A stretch of 64,000 bases of DNA from Candidatus Limnocylindrales bacterium (GTDB taxonomy: Bacteria > Moduliflexota > Moduliflexia > Moduliflexales > JAUQPW01). The DNA lies in NCBI GenBank assembly GCA_035559535.1, contig DATMBG010000037.1:62001-126000 (forward strand). Direction: 5' to 3'. The notes under the pieces were generated by a model. The model was not told the origin of the DNA, did not search any database, and was given only the letters and a program-made list of their open reading frames with translations. This document shows positions 58,990-64,000 of this stretch, piece after piece. Every line of letters starts with the position of its first letter. The stretch's first letter is position 1. The translations under genes and the position numbers were made by a program.

Positions 58990-59745
58990 TTGGAATCGTC
59001 TACGCCTATTTTAGAAGTTATCAATTTAACCAAACGATTCGGTGGATTGGTGGCCGTAGATCGGGTCCATATGCAGGTCTTTCCAGGTGAAGTGGTGGGA
59101 TTGCTGGGAGATAACGGAGCCGGTAAGTCCACTCTTATTAAAATGATCTCTGGAGTTTATCAGCCCGATGAAGGACAAATTCTCTTCCAGGGAAAGGAAC
59201 TCAAACTCTCAAACCCCATGGAGGCCTTGAAACTGGGTATTGAAACCATCTATCAAGATCTGGCTCTGGCAGAGAATCTAAATGTCTACGCTAATATTTT
59301 TTTGGGGCGAGAGAAAGTCAAAAAAGTTTTGGGTTTTATTAACGTATTGGATAGAAATTATATGTTAGAGGAATCCAGACGAGTCTTAAAGCGGTTAGAT
59401 ATCGAGATTCCTTCGCTACGGAACAAAATTCAGAAGCTTTCCGGTGGTCAACGACAGGCCGTTGCGATCTCCCGGTCGATTTATTGGAATGCAAAATTTT
59501 TAATCATGGATGAACCTACGGCTGCCCTGGGAGTTGCCGAACAACAGAAGGTTCTGGCCCTTGTTCGAACCCTAAAGGCTCAAGGAGTTCCGGTGATTAT
59601 TATCAGTCATCAACTCCACGATGTCTTTTCCGTAGCAGATCGGTTAATTGTGATGCGTAGGGGAAGGAAAGTGGGCGAGCGCTTAACCCGGGAAACGACA
59701 CCCGATGAAATCGTTGGGCTCATTGTCGGTTCAATCCGGGAATAA
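58990..59745 (+). CDS. Sugar ABC transporter ATP-binding protein
   Basis: GDNGAGKST, LSGGQRQ and IMDEPTAALG motifs. Confidence 0.95.
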   Translation: MESSTPILEVINLTKRFGGLVAVDRVHMQVFPGEVVGLLGDNGAGKSTLIKMISGVYQPDEGQILFQGKELKLSNPMEALKLGIETIYQDLALAENLNVYANIFLGREKVKKVLGFINVLDRNYMLEESRRVLKRLDIEIPSLRNKIQKLSGGQRQAVAISRSIYWNAKFLIMDEPTAALGVAEQQKVLALVRTLKAQGVPVIIISHQLHDVFSVADRLIVMRRGRKVGERLTRETTPDEIVGLIVGSIRE

Positions 59746-59768
59746 CAAGATAAAAAGGAGGCCGTACC

Positions 59769-60167
59769 ATGGCTAGTTATAAAAATAAAGGGTTATGGAT
59801 TTATCTGGGAATTATCTTTTTAGTCGGTCCTGTTTTTCTTGCCGGCTGCCACGATGAGGATAATGGGCCTACAAGTGTCGTTGTATTAGATACTACCCAG
59901 CAATTGGCCCCGGGGGGTTGCGCTTCTCCCCTCTTTAATGGAGAGGCCGGGGTTCCTGTAAAGGTTGAGGCTACGGGACCTTCCAATGAAAATCCAGACT
60001 TAACCATATTCGATCCTAATAATAATCAAGTTGCTACGGCGACCAATTCAACCCTTGGATCGGAAACTCTGGGCTTTACACCCAGTATCACGGGGGGTTA
60101 TACTGTCAGAGTCTGTGATGCGAATAATGTCGGCGGTGCAATCCGGATTGTGGTAACCCAGAGGTAA
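59769..60167 (+). CDS. Lipoprotein with PPC-like beta-sandwich domain
   Basis: Lipobox LAGC; PDLTIFDP...G.YTVRV pattern. Confidence 0.7.
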   Translation: MASYKNKGLWIYLGIIFLVGPVFLAGCHDEDNGPTSVVVLDTTQQLAPGGCASPLFNGEAGVPVKVEATGPSNENPDLTIFDPNNNQVATATNSTLGSETLGFTPSITGGYTVRVCDANNVGGAIRIVVTQR

Positions 60168-60509
60168 TCCTTTGCCCATCTTTATTCTGTTCAACTCTTA
60201 CCATTCCTTATGGGGGCGCCTGAAATATGCCCCTGCCTCCTTTATTTCTATCCCTTTTAAAATCCCTAAAGGACTCATTTTTACCCCTTGAAGGGTCTTC
60301 CTTAACCTCTTTCTTCGCTTCTTCTGCCTCCTGGACTTGAAATAATCCTACCAAAGGATAAACCCAAGAAAACTTGTAGAATTCGGATCTACCGGCTTGT
60401 CCTTGTCTTTGGTTACTTTATTGGAATTTGGGCTTATTAAAATCTTATTTTGGCATAAAAAATGAATAATTAAGAAAATAATAACTAAAAAATAAAAAAG
60501 GAGGAAAGT

Positions 60510-60698
60510 ATGGCTGAGATACATATTCAGAGAAAACGATCCGGTGGTTGGCTTTGGTTTCTGCTGATCCTGGTACTCATGGTTCTGGCTATTATCTTTT
60601 TTTCATGGCGTCGTACTCCAGCTCAAGGAATAAATACCCTATTTACCGGCCAATCCACTTCAGTAATTACAATCTATCCGGTCATTATACCTCATTGA
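60510..60698 (+). CDS. Small single-pass membrane protein
   Basis: AAGGAGG RBS; MAEIHIQRK followed by a TM helix. Confidence 0.7.
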   Translation: MAEIHIQRKRSGGWLWFLLILVLMVLAIIFFSWRRTPAQGINTLFTGQSTSVITIYPVIIPH

Positions 60699-60753
60699 AT
60701 AGGCTCTTTAGGGTAGCCTGAAGGAGGATTTCAGCAAACAGGAGGTAAGAACT

Positions 60754-61575
60754 ATGGCTTTAGCTGAATTATCAAAATTGGATGATTTTGAGGTAGCCGA
60801 TGAAAGCGTCGATATTCGAGGATTTCCGGTTTATAATAAAATGGGAGATTATCTCGGCGATATTGACGAGCTTCTGGTGGATCCAGTCGCCATGAAGGTT
60901 CGGTATGTCATCATCGATGCGGGGACCTGGTTGGAAAGTAAAAAGTTCATCGTACCTGTAGGAATGATTGAGATTGATGATGCTTCTAACCGGGTGTATC
61001 TGGGTACGCTGACCCGGGAAACCATTCATCGACTACCCGTTTATGATGAGTCCCGATGGACGGATCCCGACTATGAACGGGAGTTATTGGGTATTTACTA
61101 CCCAAACAGAGCAGGAAGTTTTGACCAATTTACTTACGAAACCGATGAAGCGTTCCGGTATCCCAGGCGGTTTGAAACCCACGAAACGCCTTTTCGACGA
61201 AGGGATATCTATCGCCCAGGTGAATCCACATGGGGTTGGTTAGACACCTGTAGGATAAATAATCATCAGTGGGATCTTAAAGGGTATGAAGTTTATGGAA
61301 AAAATAACGAGTATCTGGGAGTTGTAACCCGTTATTGTGGCTATAAGGATACCCAACAAACAGAGTATCTGGTTGTAGATACCGGTGGATGGCTCATCAG
61401 CGAAAAATTTCTGGTTCCGGTTAACCGGATTCGGATTGATCCCACAGCAAGAAAAATTTACATCGATAACCTGACCCGGGCTCAGGTAGAAACTTTACCC
61501 AGGTATGATGAAAGTAGGCTCTTCACGCCAGAGTATGAAAACGAATGGCGTAAAGCCTATCAGTATATCGTATAG
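60754..61575 (+). CDS. Tandem PRC-barrel domain protein
   Basis: Two D[IL][RK]G..VY....[DE]YLG repeats with Y[VL][IV][IV]D.G.WL..KF.VPV. Confidence 0.9.
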   Translation: MALAELSKLDDFEVADESVDIRGFPVYNKMGDYLGDIDELLVDPVAMKVRYVIIDAGTWLESKKFIVPVGMIEIDDASNRVYLGTLTRETIHRLPVYDESRWTDPDYERELLGIYYPNRAGSFDQFTYETDEAFRYPRRFETHETPFRRRDIYRPGESTWGWLDTCRINNHQWDLKGYEVYGKNNEYLGVVTRYCGYKDTQQTEYLVVDTGGWLISEKFLVPVNRIRIDPTARKIYIDNLTRAQVETLPRYDESRLFTPEYENEWRKAYQYIV

Positions 61576-61592
61576 AACCAGGAGGTAGAAAG

Positions 61593-61847
61593 ATGGCCGA
61601 GAAAACTCGAAAAGATCAAACTCAGGAAGATAAACAAAAAACCCAAAAGGACTCCCAGGCACCTAATCCTATTCAAGTCCAAAAATATCTAAGCGGAATT
61701 GACTACCCTACCGATAAGCAGGGTTTACTGGAAGCGGCAAGAAGAAATGGAGCCGATGAAAAGGTCTTGAATATTCTCAATGAACTTCCAGAGAAAAGCT
61801 ACGCCAGCCCCAAGGAGGTATCCCACGAGATAGGACAGGTCGAGTAA
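61593..61847 (+). CDS. DUF2795 family protein
   Basis: NPIQVQKYLSGIDYP..K...LP...Y.SP. Confidence 0.9.
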   Translation: MAEKTRKDQTQEDKQKTQKDSQAPNPIQVQKYLSGIDYPTDKQGLLEAARRNGADEKVLNILNELPEKSYASPKEVSHEIGQVE

Positions 61848-61947
61848 ATCCCAGGTTGAATCTATCAGGTTTCAGGTAGTAGAAAAAATACAGATCGGTA
61901 TCCAACTTAATTTTAAATAAACCCTCCCCGGTAAGGAGTAGCTGCTT

Positions 61948-62094
61948 ATGTTGTGGACGATTCTGTTGATTCTTTTGGTGCTTTGGGCTCTTGGTTTTGG
62001 CTTTAGTATAGGAGGTAATCTCATTCACTTGTTATTGATTGTTGGGCTTGTTGTGCTGATTGCCCAGTTGATACGGGGACGGAGAGGAGTCTGA
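61948..62094 (+). CDS. lmo0937-family small membrane protein (48 aa)
   Basis: MLWTILLILLVLWALGFGFSIGGNLIHLLLIVGLVVLIAQLIRGRRGV with AAGGAG RBS; not in the ORF track. Confidence 0.85.
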   Translation: MLWTILLILLVLWALGFGFSIGGNLIHLLLIVGLVVLIAQLIRGRRGV

Positions 62095-62295
62095 GACCCT
62101 TCAGAGAACTATCCAGACCAGTCTGACCGGTTTTCAGAAGCTCTGGTGGGGTGACCTGCTAAGAAATATCTTGCCAATAGGAAGTTTTTGGAGCAAGAAG
62201 TATCTTAAAAAGATTTTAGTCGGCTGTTTATAAAAGTAGCCTGTCCTTCCGTAGGGGGCCCGTTCTGTTTCTGACTTGAGGTTGTACCGGTTGCA

Positions 62296-62339
62296 TCCCG
62301 TTCGTCCTGGGCAGGTGAAAGGGTTCAGGACGAACGGGA
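62296..62339. repeat. Palindromic repeat with perfect 14-bp arms
   Basis: TCCCGTTCGTCCTG...CAGGACGAACGGGA; a related half-copy lies near 5250-5275. Confidence 0.75.
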
Positions 62340-62530
62340 AAGGATTTCCTTCGCTGAACTTTTAAAACAGAAAGGATAGGAGAGGTTCCTTCAGTAGGGG
62401 GAACAGACGAGGAAGGGGCCTAAAACCCATTTGTCGATGGAGCAGTTCTGAAGGAGTACTTCGGGTCTGAGCAACTCCGTAAGGTTTTTTGCTTTTTCTC
62501 CCTTTGTATTTCCCTGGCTTTAAAACTTCA

Positions 62531-63049
62531 CTAAAACACGGCTACCCGGGTGGCCTGGGGTCCTTCTCTACCCTCTTCAAGATCAAACTCTACCGGAATC
62601 CCCACTTCAAGGTTTTCAAAAGAGACGCCTCGAACAGAATTTTTATGGAAATAAACTTCTGTTCCTTCCTCTGTAAGAATAAAGCCATATCCTTTATCCT
62701 TAAAAATTTGGCTGATGGATCCTCTAGGTTGAGTAGACGGCGGCTTGATGGCATGAATCTGTTTTTCCTTGATATAGTCTTTAAGTTCCCTTTCGATGGT
62801 ATCGAAGGCCTTAAAGAGTGCGTTCTCTAGCGTATCATCGGTCTTGTTCGCGACCAGGGTATTACCCGGAACCAGCAGCACAATACGTACACAATCATTC
62901 CCCTTCTGATGGTGGGGATCTTTTTCTAGCGTAATGCGGATATGAATGAGATCGATATCGTATTTAGTAAGTTTGGAGAGTCTTTCTTCAATTAAAGCCC
63001 TTCGTGCCGGGGTTACCTCATCATGGAGTCCTTCAATCTGAATGTTCAT
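62531..63049 (-). CDS. Ribosome hibernation factor (HPF/RaiA) domain fused to a cold-shock domain
   Basis: MNIQIEG...HHQKG...AFDTIERELK, then GYGFI...VYFHKNSV...GPQAT; AGGAGG RBS. Confidence 0.9.
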   Translation of the reverse strand: MNIQIEGLHDEVTPARRALIEERLSKLTKYDIDLIHIRITLEKDPHHQKGNDCVRIVLLVPGNTLVANKTDDTLENALFKAFDTIERELKDYIKEKQIHAIKPPSTQPRGSISQIFKDKGYGFILTEEGTEVYFHKNSVRGVSFENLEVGIPVEFDLEEGREGPQATRVAVF

Positions 63050-63114
63050 ATCAAGCCTCCTTCCCAAAGAAGTGGATGCAAAAAGACGTTCCGATTTTAA
63101 TTTAATACAAATCC

Positions 63115-63130
63115 TGCATAGTTTGTTCCA
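63115..63130 (-). promoter_or_regulatory. Possible sigma54 promoter of the HPF-CSD gene
   Basis: Minus strand TGGAACAAACTATGCA (GG-N10-GC). Confidence 0.4.
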
Positions 63131-63232
63131 ACTAAATAGGTTTTGAGAGTTTTTCTGTTTAAATTTCTCGCGTAGAATCCTGCCTTCAGAAGGATAAGCG
63201 ACGAAAAGAGAGCTACCTGAAGGATATGCCGG

Positions 63233-64000
63233 TTATTCCAAATTTTCTGCCTGCAAATAATCAAAATCACAGCCTTCGTCGGCCTGGAGAACGTGTTCCA
63301 GGTACATCTTCACATAACCCCGTTTATAGGGGGATAGGGGCGGTTTCCAGGCGGCCAGACGACGTTGGATTTCTTCATCGGGTACCAGTAAGTTAAGTTT
63401 TCGATTGGGAACATCCAGTTCAATGAGATCTCCGGTTTGTACAATGGCTAAGGGACCTCCTGCGGCAGACTCGGGGGTTACGTGGAGCACAATGGTTCCA
63501 TAGCTGGTTCCGCTCATACGAGCATCGCTAATTCGGACCATATCCTCGATTCCTCGCTTTAACAATTTAGCCGGAACCGGTAATCTTCCCCACTCCGGCA
63601 TACCCGGTGCTCCTTTGGGTCCTGCATTTCTTAAAACCAGTACGGTATTTTCATCTACCTCCAGATCAGGATCATCAATCCGTTCATACATTTCTTTATT
63701 ACTTTCAAAAACAAGGGCACGTCCTCGATGCTGAAGTAATCTGGGTGATGCGGCAGTTTGTTTAATCACTGCCCCCCTGGGGGCCAGGTTTCCATAGAGG
63801 ATAGCCGTTCCTCCCTCTTTATAGAGGGGTTCTTTCATCGTTCGAATGACATCGGGGTTATAGCATTGGGCATTCCGGATATTTTCTCCCAGGGTTTTAC
63901 CGGTACAGGTCAGGGTATCCAGGTGCAGGAGGGGAGAAATTTCTTTCATGACGGCCTGAACTCCGCCCGCATAGAAGAAATCTTCCATCAGATATTTCCC
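63233..64000 (-). CDS. IlvD/Edd family dehydratase (pentonate dehydratase-like), 5' end outside the window
   Basis: YLMEDFFYAGG, GPKGAPGMPEWG and RISDARMSGT motifs. Confidence 0.92.
   Translation of the reverse strand, partial: GKYLMEDFFYAGGVQAVMKEISPLLHLDTLTCTGKTLGENIRNAQCYNPDVIRTMKEPLYKEGGTAILYGNLAPRGAVIKQTAASPRLLQHRGRALVFESNKEMYERIDDPDLEVDENTVLVLRNAGPKGAPGMPEWGRLPVPAKLLKRGIEDMVRISDARMSGTSYGTIVLHVTPESAAGGPLAIVQTGDLIELDVPNRKLNLLVPDEEIQRRLAAWKPPLSPYKRGYVKMYLEHVLQADEGCDFDYLQAENLE

Noticed and set aside
63075-63093. Second sigma54-like site upstream of the HPF-CSD gene
   Set aside because: The GG to GC spacing is 11 nt, not the required 10.
1-64000. Calling the organism Nitrospira, Nitrospina or an anammox bacterium from nxrA
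   Set aside because: This enzyme clade is spread across several phyla, and nothing else in the window fixes the taxonomy by eye.

Overview
Chromosomal DNA from a diderm (Gram-negative-type) bacterium; the taxon cannot be assigned from this window. The window opens inside a large minus-strand gene that the ORF track missed because it runs off the edge. It encodes a Tat-exported type II DMSO-reductase-family molybdoenzyme of the periplasmic NXR/NAR (Nitrospira/anammox-like) type. Upstream lie a membrane-anchored diheme cytochrome c fused to an EbdC-like heme-b domain and a sigma54-like promoter. The rest is mostly housekeeping and heterotrophic metabolism: M20 peptidase, GAF-GAF histidine kinase, a degenerate glgC, pepP, a stand-alone EF-G, hflKC, pyrF/E/C/B, tatD, a deoxyhypusine-synthase-like gene, cysK, gpmI, two ABC importers, cspA, mutY, smpB-amidase-GerMN-rph, accB/accC-like genes, thrC with a MoaD-NIL fusion, a general-stress cluster and a truncated IlvD/Edd dehydratase. 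The main oddities are (i) an EF-G paralogue followed directly by a membrane protein with two ribosomal-protein bL12 C-terminal-like domains, upstream of copZ-hflKC; (ii) the NXR-type locus in an apparently sugar-using organism; (iii) a P-loop kinase/nucleoside-deoxyribosyltransferase-like fusion behind the DHS gene; (iv) eukaryotic-CAD-like pyrC/pyrB; (v) a candidate structured RNA; and (vi) many small palindromic, MITE-like and heptamer repeats. No rRNA, tRNA, CRISPR array, transposase or prophage was seen. All family calls come from motif recognition by eye, not database searches.
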